DNA of 63,698 nucleotides, the filler included, from Octopus bimaculoides (lineage: Eukaryota): the NCBI RefSeq assembly GCF_001194135.2. It is 6 parts of 5 records of this genome, joined end to end, with 100 filler letters (N's around TTAATTAATTAA, not from the genome) between each part and the next. Parts side by side here need not be neighbours in the genome. Positions count along the whole stretch, not along the records: positions 35,519 to 47,384 come from NC_068981.1; positions 47,485 to 54,311 come from NC_068982.1; 4 more parts are not named here. One strand, given 5' to 3'. Positions 37,827-49,918 of this stretch are shown one piece after another (positions within the stretch are counted from its first letter, which is position 1; each line of letters starts with the position of its first letter). The notes beneath the pieces are model-generated. The model was not told where the DNA came from and did no database searches. It saw nothing but the letters and a program-made list of their open reading frames with translations. A program made the translations under genes and the position numbers.

Positions 37827-38139
37827 AAGGAGAAGCGGTATCGGATTTATATGTGTTTATGTAACAGGTTTTTGCAATTGGTAGTTGGGGAGTTGGATAA
37901 AAGGAGCGAAAAGAGAGACATGTTGTGGGTTACAGTGAGAGGAAATGGGGGGAGAGAGAGAGGGGGAGGGCAGATAAAAAGAATAAGTGGAGAGCGAGGA
38001 AGACGGAACGAAAAAGAAAGGTGAAGAAGAGTAGAAAGAGGGAGAGAATGATGGAGGGAGGAAATGGAAAAAGAGAGAATGAGCGAGGAGTAGGGGGGGG
38101 CAACACATAATATTGGTGTGCACGCGTACGGTGAAGCGT

Positions 38140-38597
38140 GATTAAATATTCTTTTATTTGTTTCAGTCATTTGACTGCGACCATGCTGGAGCGCCGCCTT
38201 TAGTAGAATAAACCGACACCTCGACTTATTCTTTGTAAGCTTAGTACTTATTCTATCGGTGGTTTTTGCCGAACCGCTAAATTTAAAGGATGTAAACACA
38301 CCAATATCGGTTGTTAACGGTGGGGGGGGGGACAAACACAGGCACACAAACATATACATACATATATATATACGACGGGCTTCTATACAGTTTCTTATTT
38401 CCTTACTGCCCACAAGGGGCTAAACATAGAGGGGACAAACAAGGACAGACAGAGGGATTAAGTCGATTACATCGACCGCAGTGCGTAATTGGTACTTAAT
38501 TTATCGAACCCGAAAGGATGAAAGACAAAGTCGACCTCGGCGGAATTTGAACTCAGAACGTAACGGCAGACGAAATACCGCTAAGCATTTCGCCCGG
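38140..38597 (-). mobile_element. SINE B (38393-38597) inserted into SINE A (38140-38392)
   Basis: The A sequence breaks in its core at ...gacgggcttctatacagtttc and is followed by a B copy nearly identical to 5423-5652. Confidence 0.85.
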
Positions 38598-39399
38598 NNN
38601 NNNNNNNNNNNNNNNNNNNNNNNNNNNNNNNNNNNNNNNNNNNNNNNNNNNNNNNNNNNNNNNNNNNNNNNNNNNNNNNNNNNNNNNNNNNNNNNNNNNN
38701 NNNNNNNNNNNNNNNNNNNNNNNNNNNNNNNNNNNNNNNNNNNNNNNNNNNNNNNNNNNNNNNNNNNNNNNNNNNNNNNNNNNNNNNNNNNNNNNNNNNN
38801 NNNNNNNNNNNNNNNNNNNNNNNNNNNNNNNNNNNNNNNNNNNNNNNNNNNNNNNNNNNNNNNNNNNNNNNNNNNNNNNNNNNNNNNNNNNNNNNNNNNN
38901 NNNNNNNNNNNNNNNNNNNNNNNNNNNNNNNNNNNNNNNNNNNNNNNNNNNNNNNNNNNNNNNNNNNNNNNNNNNNNNNNNNNNNNNNNNNNNNNNNNNN
39001 NNNNNNNNNNNNNNNNNNNNNNNNNNNNNNNNNNNNNNNNNNNNNNNNNNNNNNNNNNNNNNNNNNNNNNNNNNNNNNNNNNNNNNNNNNNNNNNNNNNN
39101 NNNNNNNNNNNNNNNNNNNNNNNNNNNNNNNNNNNNNNNNNNNNNNNNNNNNNNNNNNNNNNNNNNNNNNNNNNNNNNNNNNNNNNNNNNNNNNNNNNNN
39201 NNNNNNNNNNNNNNNNNNNNNNNNNNNNNNNNNNNNNNNNNNNNNNNNNNNNNNNNNNNNNNNNNNNNNNNNNNNNNNNNNNNNNNNNNNNNNNNNNNNN
39301 NNNNNNNNNNNNNNNNNNNNNNNNNNNNNNNNNNNNNNNNNNNNNNNNNNNNNNNNNNNNNNNNNNNNNNNNNATATACATATGTATATATATATTTAT

Positions 39400-39626
39400 T
39401 TATTTATTTGTGTGTGTTTGTGTTTGTCCGTCCACCATTGTTTGTCAACCGATGTTTGTGCGTTTACGTCCCCGAAACTTAGCGGTTCGGCAAAAAAAAA
39501 GAGACTGATAGAATAAGTACTAAGCTTACAAAGAATGAGTGGTGGGATCGATTTGTTCGACTAAAGGCGGTGCTCCAGCATGGCCGCAGTCAAATGACTG
39601 AAACAAGTAAAAGAGTAAAAGAGTAG
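39400..39626 (+). mobile_element. SINE family A, 3' half (CpG retained)
   Basis: cttagcggttcggc...gatcgatttgttcgactaaaggcggtgctccagcatggccgcagtc. Confidence 0.9.
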
Positions 39627-39856
39627 AAGAATATGTTTATATGCATATATGTATCTCTCTCTCTCTCTCCATGTATATATATATATACGTGTACGACAGT
39701 AAATGTAAAACAAATAATAAAACTGGGTACTAAACAGCTGAGTGATAAGATAAATAAATAGTAATTATTGAAGCAAATATAGACGTGTGTACATATGTCA
39801 GTTTATTTCTATACACAGCTTCAGCTAAATCGTGTAGCTTAGGAATCCAGATGTGT

Positions 39857-39950
<94 letters not shown>

Positions 39951-40339
39951 TATTTACTTATGTAAATGTTTATTTAAAGTTATTTGAAAGCAATTCTGTG
40001 AATAGCAGAACGTCTACTGATGAGAAGATTCAATATTTATTATAAAACTTATTATAATTTTCTTTTTAAATAAGTCTTTAAGTTTCGACTGACGGCTTAT
40101 TCAACCGTTAAATAAACCACGTCGTGCAACTTAAATTTCTGGTCGAGACTAATTTTGTAATATATTTACCTGTATATGCGTACATATACGCAGTTACTAA
40201 TACACAAACGCATAGACATACCACAAGTCCCCAAACACTTACACACATGTTACACACGCACACACACAGACACACACACAGCCACACACATACACACACA
40301 TTGTGGCTGTCTGCTTCTTGCAGAGCTTGACCTCTTCTT

Positions 40340-40800
40340 TTACCTACAATTGCTCTTTCCCAGCGTGAGATCTTAAATAACTTTTGAGTCCTGAAAGGCG
40401 TTTGAAGAGCTCGTCACAAATACCGCACCAATGTCTCATTTTACCATTGGCTCCATTTTCCGCTTGTTTATTATAACTATCCGAGTATCGCTTCAATCCT
40501 CTGCGTGATTTGCCGGATCCTTTAGAGGCGTTACATTGAAACTGGTCGCCCAGAATCAAATTCCAATAGTTCACCACGCTGGTGCGGTCTCATACCAGTA
40601 TGAAATACGCATACGTTTGTGCATAAAGAATATTTAAAGAAGGAATGAGAAGCTCTTGCAAATCTATTGATATTAATCTCATTTTTACGAAGTTGTCATT
40701 GCAATTCAGCGTGTTTAGCTCTGTCAAGTAAAAAATATTCAGAGCGCACCAAATCGTAACTCTCCATGCTTCCCTGCCTGCTGTAAGTGATTCAAGATAT
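40340..40800 (-). mobile_element. RTE-like LINE 3' end with degenerate C-terminal C2H2-like finger
   Basis: LESLTAGREAWRVTI resembles the WE.LA.DR..WR motif; HWCGICDELFKRLSGLKSYLRSH*. Confidence 0.55.
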
Positions 40801-40848
40801 TTGCAGCATAATTTATGGCGTTTCAAATTTGATTTTAAAAAGTCGAAG

Positions 40849-40898
<50 letters not shown>

Positions 40899-40899
<1 letters not shown>

Positions 40900-42857
40900 G
40901 TCCAGACCATTTAACATAACGCGTTCAGTTCGCCAAGGATGCCACCTCTCGTCGCTTCTGCCCGTATTGACTCGAGAGCCACTACTGCGGAAGCTGGTGA
41001 CGCAGAGAGGCATCCCGCAAGAACTGGGATGCGGGATGCGTGACTGCATATGTAGATGACGTCATCGTGATAGTGTCGAGCCACAGACATCGACCTGGTC
41101 GGCGAGATGCTAAAATAATACGAAGCGGCAACGGGAGCGAAAATTAACCGAGAAAAGTCAGTGGGATTGCGGCTCGGCACCTGGAGAAGTAAGCCCATGC
41201 CGTCCAACAGCGTCTCCATCGTGGGACGCTTGACCGATGGACCGGTTAAATTGCTCAGGGTCTGGTTCGGTCCTCCAAATGGAGAAGAACTGGGACGAGA
41301 TAACGAGTAGGGTGGCCACTCTCACTCAGCAATGGGCTAAGAGGAAGCTATCCCTAAACGGTCGGGCGGAGCTGGTGAACGCGTACATCGCATACGTCAT
41401 CGATTACCATCTGACCGTCGTGCCTTGTCCTGACCCTACCATTACCAAACTGGAACGCATACTCTTCCGCCTTTTATGGAAGGCAAGCGTTCCGATGGTT
41501 AGGTGATCTATTTGCTGTCAACACCTGCTAAATGGAGGGCTGGGCATGCCGCGCTGAGACTGCGGTATCTCCGGCGCTTCATAGACGACGGTGAACAGGT
41601 GTGGTCGCCGTTTATGGAGCGCACTTTGCCGCAGTTCGATTCTTTGGCCGAACTGCAGTCGGTGATCAGAGACGAGGCTAGGCAAAAATGCACGGCGAGT
41701 GTCGCCTTGCTCTCAAGTCCTGCCCGGGACCAAACTTTTGTGACTTCAATTCCACGAAGGCGTTCTATAGAGGATTAGTGGAGGGGAGGTGCGACGACGT
41801 CCTCGGGGAGAATCTGAACATCGACGAGGAACACGTGACCCGCCTGTTCAGTACAACTTTCGGGCCGGGACTTATGGACAATCACCAGAGATCCCTGACC
41901 TGGCTGTGCTATCGGGAAGCATTTCCCGATCGGGATAAGCTCTACAGGCACGGTTCGAGATACACCAGACCGACTTGCCCGAGATGCGGTCAGAGCGAAG
42001 AAACCGTTCTGCATGCATTCGTGCAGTGTCCATCCATTTCGGACATGTGGGCTTATGACGAAACGGCTACTGTCACGCGTGGGACGAATTCGCTTGTCGG
42101 CCGAGGCTAACGTGAAAATTACTCCGTCACCTTCCCTTAACTGGAAAGGCAAGGCAGTTTTCATCGTACTGGTGGCCACGGTAAACATGTGTGATGGACT
42201 CGAGCGAAAGGTTTAGTGACAAACACCTTCCTCTCTGGCCAATCGCTCATCAACTTTTTCAAGTACCACTTGAAAAGGAAGGTGACAATAGAGAGACAAG
42301 TTTTGTTTCATGAAAGATTCAATAAAAGGTGGGTGAATGTAGCAAAGATAATACGCGCGAATGACGAAAGCACTTTGAGCGTGGTCCTGTAAATCGAAAA
42401 AAGAGAGCACTTTGCTCTNNNNNNNNNNNNNNNNNNNNNNNNNNNNNNNNNNNNNNNNNNNNNNNNNNNNNNNNNNNNNNNNNNNNNNNNNNNNNNNNNN
42501 NNNNNNNNNNNNNNNNNNNNNNNNNNNNNNNNNNNNNNNNNNNNNNNNNNNNNNNNNNNNNNNNNNNNNNNNNNNNNNNNNNNNNNNNNNGCACTTTGCT
42601 CTCGTGTTTTTTCCCTCTCTGCCCGAGGTCTTTTCGTGGGCTTTTCTTTCCACGGATAAACTCAACGTGTTTTTTTACATTTTTTTGCTCTGTTCTGTGA
42701 TGCACGATCCCTTTTGATGATTTTTTTTTACATGATCCTTTTTGATCGGAATTTTTTCCTCCTTTTTTTTTCTATTTTCTTTTTTCTTTCGAAAAGAAAT
42801 GTTCTACATTGTATTTTGTCCCTTCTGTGTGCGGCCCTGTGTGGCTAATAATGAAAG

Positions 42858-42858
<1 letters not shown>
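40899..42858 (+). mobile_element. 5'-truncated Tx1/L1-clade non-LTR retrotransposon flanked by (TATC)n
   Basis: SRPFNITRSVRQGCHLS, AYVDDVIV, YEAATGAKINREKSVGL, KLSLNGRAELVN, CPRCGQSEETVLHAFVQC; T-rich 3' UTR. Confidence 0.9.
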
Positions 42859-42897
<39 letters not shown>

Positions 42898-42899
<2 letters not shown>

Positions 42900-43026
42900 C
42901 ACAAGGCCTTGGTCGGCCCGAAGCTATACGTAGAAGACAATTGCCTAAGGTGACACGCAGTGGGACTGAACTCGGAACCATGTGGCTGGAAAGCAAGCTT
43001 CTTACCACACAGCTACGCCTGCGCCT
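42898..43026 (-). mobile_element. SINE family A, 5' half
   Basis: Head and start of core. Confidence 0.8.
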
Positions 43027-43136
43027 GTATATTAATTTTTTGGAGGAAAAGTTTTACAGTGACTTCGAAGTAAATCAGCTCACCTACTAAAGGCAAGTAA
43101 TCCAATATTTCGAAATCAGTATCAGCATTCACTTTG

Positions 43137-43282
43137 TAAAAAATATTTTCTACTCTAGACACAAGACCCGAAATTTTTTGGGAGGGTCCAGTCGATTAGA
43201 TGGAAACCAGTACGCAACTGGTACTTAGTTTATCGAACCCGATTGGATGAAAGGCAAAGTCGGCCTCGTCGGAATTTGAACA
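43137..43282 (-). mobile_element. SINE family B
   Basis: ggatgaaaggcaaagtcggcctcgtcggaatttgaac. Confidence 0.8.
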
Positions 43283-43321
43283 CGCTACTAAAAATATTAG
43301 GTAATCCTCCCGTTTTTTTCT

Positions 43322-43710
43322 TTTACTTGTACTTGTTTCTGTCATTTGATTGTGGCCATGCTGGAGCACCGTCTTTAGTCGAACAAATCGACCTCCAGGA
43401 CTTATTTTTTGTAAGCCTAGCACTTATTCTATCGGGCTCTTTTGCCAAGCCGCTAAGTTACGGGGATGTAAACACACCAACATCGATTGTCAAGCGATGG
43501 TTGGGGGACAAACACAGATACACAAATACATACCCACACAGCAGATATATATATATACGACGGGCTTCTTTTAGTTTCCGTCGACCAAATCCACTCACAA
43601 GACTCAGGTCAGCCCGAGGCTATAGGAGAAGACACTTGCCCAAGGTGCCACGTAGTGGGTCTAAACCCGGAACCATGTGGTTGGAGAGTAAGCTTCTTAC
43701 CACACAGCCA
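43322..43710 (-). mobile_element. SINE family A, full length
   Basis: Complete head, core and tail. Confidence 0.9.
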
Positions 43711-45058
43711 ATGTGGAATCATTTTAATATATCAAAGCCTTGCGAGTAAATGGAACCAAACACACCTGCTTTCCAACCACATCGTTCCGGGTTCAGTCCC
43801 ACTGTGTGGCATCTGGGGCAAGTGTGTTTTATTACAACCTGGGTCGACCACATTGTTTCCAACCACATTGTTTCGGGCCTTGTGCCTAGAGTAGAAAAGA
43901 ATATTGCCTAAGATTTTCCACAGTCCCAAGGCCCTGGAATTCTCGTACCAGGGCCCAATATCCGGATGCATATACATACATATGTGCATGCATACATGCA
44001 TATATGCATTCATCATACACGCATACATACGTAGGTACGTAAATACGGGAGGGCATGCCATACATAGATATATGTATGTATACATAGATGTGTGCATGCC
44101 ATACATAAATATGAGCATGCCATACATAGATATGTGCATACCATATAGATATGTGTGCATACCATATAGATATGTGTATGTATACATAGATATGTGCATG
44201 CCATACATAGCTATGTGAATGTCATACACAGATATGTGCATGTCATACATAGATATGTGCATGTATACATAGATATGTGCATGCAATACATACATGCATA
44301 TAAACGTTCTCGCAACCATACATCAATACATGCATTCATACATACGTGCGGCCATGTATACATACATGCGTATATATATATATACATACTCACGTGCGTA
44401 TAGAGATGCGTATATATTTGTATATTGATAGAGATACGTCTATGCATACACATGCACACACATATATTTTATTGCATATGCATACATATGAACCTGCATA
44501 CATGCCTGCATATATGCATTCCTACGTAATACCTGCATACATATATGCAAACACAAATGCACACATGCATCTACACAAACATGCAAACACACATGCACAT
44601 ACATGAAATCGTACGTAAATACAAACACACCTCCATATACTTACATAAACACTAACAGACATACATGAACCTACGCACAAATCAACATGCTCATACAGAA
44701 GCATGCGCATGAGTCTAAGCACACATGTAGACGTACACACACAAACAATCTTATATTTTTATAGCAGAATATTCCATATAGAAAAACACTGTTACCGTAT
44801 GCACACGTTTGTGCACAAACATGTGCAGAAACACAACGGCGTACATGGACGTAGATATCAAACAGAGTAAGGTGTGCATGTACTGATATATAAAATGTTT
44901 ACCTTAATGAAAAACTCAAAATTGAATTCACTTTCAAAGAAACGAAAACCAAATAATTAAATTTAAAACAAATCAACTGAGAAATATAGAAATGAAACTT
45001 AATGTAGAGAGCAGCTATAAAAGATGAAAGCTTATATAATGTATGTGTGTACACACAC

Positions 45059-45098
<40 letters not shown>

Positions 45099-46334
45099 NN
45101 NNNNNNNNNNNNNNNNNNNNNNNNNNNNNNNNNNNNNNNNNNNNNNNNNNNNNNNNNNNNNNNNNNNNNNNNNNNNNNNNNNNNNNNNNNNNNNNNNNNN
45201 NNNNNNNNNNNNNNNNNNNNNNNNNNNNNNNNNNNNNNNNNNNNNNNNNNNNNNNNNNNNNNNNNNNNNNNNNNNNNNNNNNNNNNNNNNNNNNNNNNNN
45301 NNNNNNNNNNNNNNNNNNNNNNNNNNNNNNNNNNNNNNNNNNNNNNNNNNNNNNNNNNNNNNNNNNNNNNNNNNNNNNNNNNNNNNNNNNNNNNNNNNNN
45401 NNNNNNNNNNNNNNNNNNNNNNNNNNNNNNNNNNNNNNNNNNNNNNNNNNNNNNNNNNNNNNNNNNNNNNNNNNNNNNNNNNNNNNNNNNNNNNNNNNNN
45501 NNNNNNNNNNNNNNNNNNNNNNNNNNNNNNNNNNNNNNNNNNNNNNNNNNNNNNNNNNNNNNNNNNNNNNNNNNNNNNNNNNNNNNNNNNNNNNNNNNNN
45601 NNNNNNNNNNNNNNNNNNNNNNNNNNNNNNNNNNNNNNNNNNNNNNNNNNNNNNNNNNNNNNNNNNNNNNNNNNNNNNNNNNNNNNNNNNNNNNNNNNNN
45701 NNNNNNNNNNNNNNNNTATATATATATATATATATATGCGTATAAATATTTATACACAAACATATCCATACATCCATACATTGACATATGTATGTACCTA
45801 TATTCAAATATACGTGTGTTTATCTAGCTATCTATCTATGTGTCTGTCTGTCTATCTATCTGCCTGTGTGTCTGTCTGTTTCTCTATCTATCTATCTACA
45901 AATATATTTACATTTATGTATATATGTATATTAAAATACATACGTGTACGTATGTATGTATGTATGTATGTATGTATGTATGTATGCATATATATCTGTA
46001 CGTGTGCTATAATACGCACCATTTGAAGACGTAAGTTTCAGTTTATATTTAATAATTTAAATGATTTAATAAAGTTTATACAGCAACTAACTGATTCCTA
46101 TAATTTCAGTATTTTTATCTGATTTTCTTCCAATAAATCATCTTCAGCGAGCAACCAAAAGCCTTATTGTAGCTTTTTAATTCTTTTTATTTATCGAAAT
46201 TTATTTACACCCTTCACTGTTTTAACATTTCCTGTACAGTTTGCTTATTACCTCACCGTATCATCATCATCATCATCATTATCATCATCATCATCATCAT
46301 CATCAACATCATTCATCATTATTATTGTGCATGA

Positions 46335-46505
46335 TGCTTAGGGGTATTTTGTCCGTCTGTGCTTTGTGAGTTCAACATCCGCCGAGGTCGACTTTGTCTT
46401 TCATCCTTTCGGGGTCGATAAATTAAGTAGCAGTTGCATACTGGGGTCAATCTAATCAATTGACCCCTTTCCCCAAAATTTCAGTCCTTCAATAGTAGAA
46501 AGGAT
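46335..46505 (+). mobile_element. SINE family B
   Basis: ccgccgaggtcgactttgtctttcatcctttcggggtcgataaattaagta. Confidence 0.85.
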
Positions 46506-46514
46506 TGTTATTGC

Positions 46515-46566
<52 letters not shown>

Positions 46567-46571
46567 GTTAT

Positions 46572-47235
46572 TTTATGATTGACTTCTGCTTTGCATTTGT
46601 ACAAGTTGGCTCCAAGTCGCACCCAGAGACCTCAAGAGACAACAAGTTAGAAGTTCATGCTGGTGTTATGCTTAGAGTGCCATATATTTGGTTTTGTACA
46701 TAGTGTTGTTCTAGAGAATGTTTAAGAAGCCATAAGAAAATTANNNNNNNNNNATATTTGGTTTTGTACATAGTGTTGTTCTAGAGAATGTTTAAGAAGC
46801 CATAAGAAAATTATGTGTTTGTTTTAAAATTTGAGATTACATAGACAGTATTTTACGTAGGATATGGGCAGTTCCCATGAGCATTATCTTTTGAATTTCT
46901 GCCATTTGGGTTTTCTTGGCATCTGAGCTAGGTAGCAATCATCCCCTTTTGCAATCATTCCTAGGGCACCTATGACAACAGGTATTGTTTTAGTCTTCTA
47001 GTTCCACATTTTGCTAATTTCTATTTCAAGATCTTTATACTTGCTCAGTTTTTAGTAGGTCTTGACAAATACGTATATATCGATTGGGACAGTCATATCA
47101 ATGAGGAGGCATGATTTTTCTCTGAAGTCCTTCACTATAATGTCTGGCCTATTTGCAGCTATCTTTCTGTCAGTTTGAATGGTGAAGTTCCAGAGGAGTG
47201 AGATGTGACCATTTTCAAGCACTGGATGAAATGGT
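46572..47235 (-). mobile_element. R4/Dong-like retrotransposon 3' fragment (restriction-like endonuclease)
   Basis: LWNFTIQTDRKIAANRPDIIVKD...LIDMTVP...KLSKYKDLEIEISKMW...PVVIGALG. Confidence 0.9.
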
Positions 47236-47384
47236 AATTATTATTATTACTTAAAGCTGGCAGAATCCTTAGCATGCTGGGAAAAATGCTTAGCGCATTT
47301 CTTCTGTCTTTACATTCTGAGTTCAAATCCACCGTGGTCGACTTTGTCTTTCATCCTTTCGGAATCGATAAATTAAGTACCAGT

Positions 47385-47484
47385 NNNNNNNNNNNNNNNN
47401 NNNNNNNNNNNNNNNNNNNNNNNNNNNNTTAATTAATTAANNNNNNNNNNNNNNNNNNNNNNNNNNNNNNNNNNNNNNNNNNNN
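47385..47484. other. Assembly linker 44N-TTAATTAATTAA-44N
   Basis: Read directly. Confidence 0.95.
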
Positions 47485-47838
47485 TACCATATGGCATTAC
47501 CATATGACATTACCATATGACATTACCATATGACATTACCATATGACATTACCATATGGCATTACCATATGGCATTACCATATAGCATTACCATATGGCA
47601 TTACCATATGGCATTACCATATGGCATTACCATATGGCATTACCATATGACATTACCATATGACATTACCATATGACATTACCATATGACATTACCATAT
47701 TGCATTACCATATAGCATTACCATATGGCATTACAGTATGACATTACCATATGACATTACCATATGGCATTACCATATGGCATTACCATATGGCATTATC
47801 ATATGGCATTACCATATGACATTACCATATGACATTAC
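47485..47838. repeat. 13-bp minisatellite taccatatg(g/a)cat, ~27 copies, truncated by the linker
   Basis: Read directly. Confidence 0.95.
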
Positions 47839-48808
47839 GCCATCATACAACAAGGTTATTCCTGGAACTGGATAAACATGTGGAACTCAGCTAAATTCAT
47901 ACAAGAAGAAGATGGAATAAACAGGCTTTAATTAAAAATTAGGACATTTGTTTCTGTGCAATGGAACAGCTGTAACTTGCTGAGTTTTCAGACCCGTAGC
48001 AATACACAAGGTATTTTTATTAAAATAATAACCTAAAATAACCATTAAGATCCAACAGCAACTGTATACTGGTAATTCATCAGGTAGGTCGCTTTTAAAG
48101 CACTGCTGGATTACGATCAAATTCATATGTGTGTGAGTGTGTGTGTATGCGTGTATAAATGCGTATGTATANNNNNNNNNNNNNNNNNNNNNNNNNNNNN
48201 NNNNNNNNNNNNNNNNNNNNNNNNNNNNNNNNNNNNNNNNNNNNNNNNNNNNNNNNNNNNNNNNNNNNNNNNNNNNNNNNNNNNNNNNNNNNNNNNNNNN
48301 NNNNNNNNNNNNNNNNNNNNNNNNNNNNNNNNNNNNNNNNNNNNNNNNNNNNNNNNNNNNNNNNNNNNNNNNNNNNNNNNNNNNNNNNNNNNNNNNNNNN
48401 NNNNNNNNNNNNNNNNNNNNNNNNNNNNNNNNNNNNNNNNNNNNNNNNNNNNNNNNNNNNNNNNNNNNNNNNNNNNNNNNNNNNNNNNNNNNNNNNNNNN
48501 NNNNNNNNNNNNNNNNNNNNNNNNNNNNNNNNNNNNNNNNNNNNNNNNNNNNNNNNNNNNNNNNNNNNNNNNNNNNNNNNNNNNNNNNNNNNNNNNNNNN
48601 NNNNNNNNNNNNNNNNNNNNNNNNNNNNNNNNNNNNNNNNNNNNNNNNNNNNNNNNNNNNNNNNNNNNNNNNNNNNNNNNNNNNNNNNNNNNNNNNNNNN
48701 NNNNNNNNNNNNNNNNNNNNNCACACACACACACACACAGATCTAAGTATTTGCTTCGTAAGTGTTATAATTGAAGAGTGACTATTCTTTGATGTCTCTT
48801 CGTTGCTG

Positions 48809-48856
<48 letters not shown>

Positions 48857-49820
48857 TGTATGTATTTATAGCCATCCATATAGATTATTTAATGTATATA
48901 AATTATCGATTTGTCTAAAGATAATATGTCTTTTAAACTTGCTGTGTTAAGGCCACAAAAATATCAAAGAGAGAGAGACGAAAATTCTTCCCAGCAGCAG
49001 CCAGCAAGAGCGCCAGATGCATTTCGGCCTTTTGGGGTCTTTTCACTGGTGCATATTTGCAGCCAGCCACGTGATCAAACGAGAAATGATCTCGCTGCTG
49101 AGACGAATTCCGTTACTCTCTCATATTCTGTTTTTAAGTACAATATCGGTTGTTCTATAACCAGACTTGTGAACACGAAGGGTAAGCAACACAAACGACC
49201 GAAATTGCCTTTAACTTGAAAATTACATTATAGCAGGCGACACTCGCATTCATTTGCTCAGCCTCTCCCTCCTACTCCCTATGTATCTCCCCCATCTACA
49301 CATAACCACAGAACCTGTCCAACCCGAATTCATGAAAAGAACTTCCTGTCGTTACCCTGTCATTCTTCCTTGAACTTTCGTGTCCAATACAAGCTTTTAA
49401 CTACAAATATATATTGACTCCAAAACAGCGACTCCTTATTCGTTCTACTTTCCACGCATTTCTTATTATTGCACAAGTGACCAATTCCTCATTGTTGTTA
49501 AATATTATTTTCTCTCATAAGCACATTCACTTTTAGGCATTTTATACACTCTAGTATTTCAATTGTAGGTATATCATTTTTGCAGGTCAGGCGATCGTAA
49601 TAACGTAGTAGTTTTCCCAACTATCTTACATTTTGTCACCATCGACAATTTCGTGAAGAGATCGTCTGAGTACCTTCTTGCAATGAAAAAGAAAATGGTG
49701 TCTTGAGCATTTTTCGTTGAGTCTGTTTTCTACCATCAGCTTCTTCTGTGGGGTCGGCATCCTCAACTCGCACACAATACAGTTTCTCATATCTTCTGTC
49801 ACACACGGCCTACTTCATCA

Positions 49821-49918
<98 letters not shown>

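Noticed and set aside
40344-40577. C2H2 zinc-finger gene
   Set aside because: It is a single degenerate finger (first His is Tyr) at the end of an RTE-like 3' region, with no TGEKP linker or array.
43960-44760. Overlapping His/Tyr/Met-rich ORFs
   Set aside because: They are degenerate (CA/TA/CATA) low-complexity sequence and ~22-bp diverged repeats.
47485-47838. CRISPR-like or CArG-box array
   Set aside because: There are no unique spacers and the context is eukaryotic; CCATATGG has 4 A/T, not the 6 of a CArG box.
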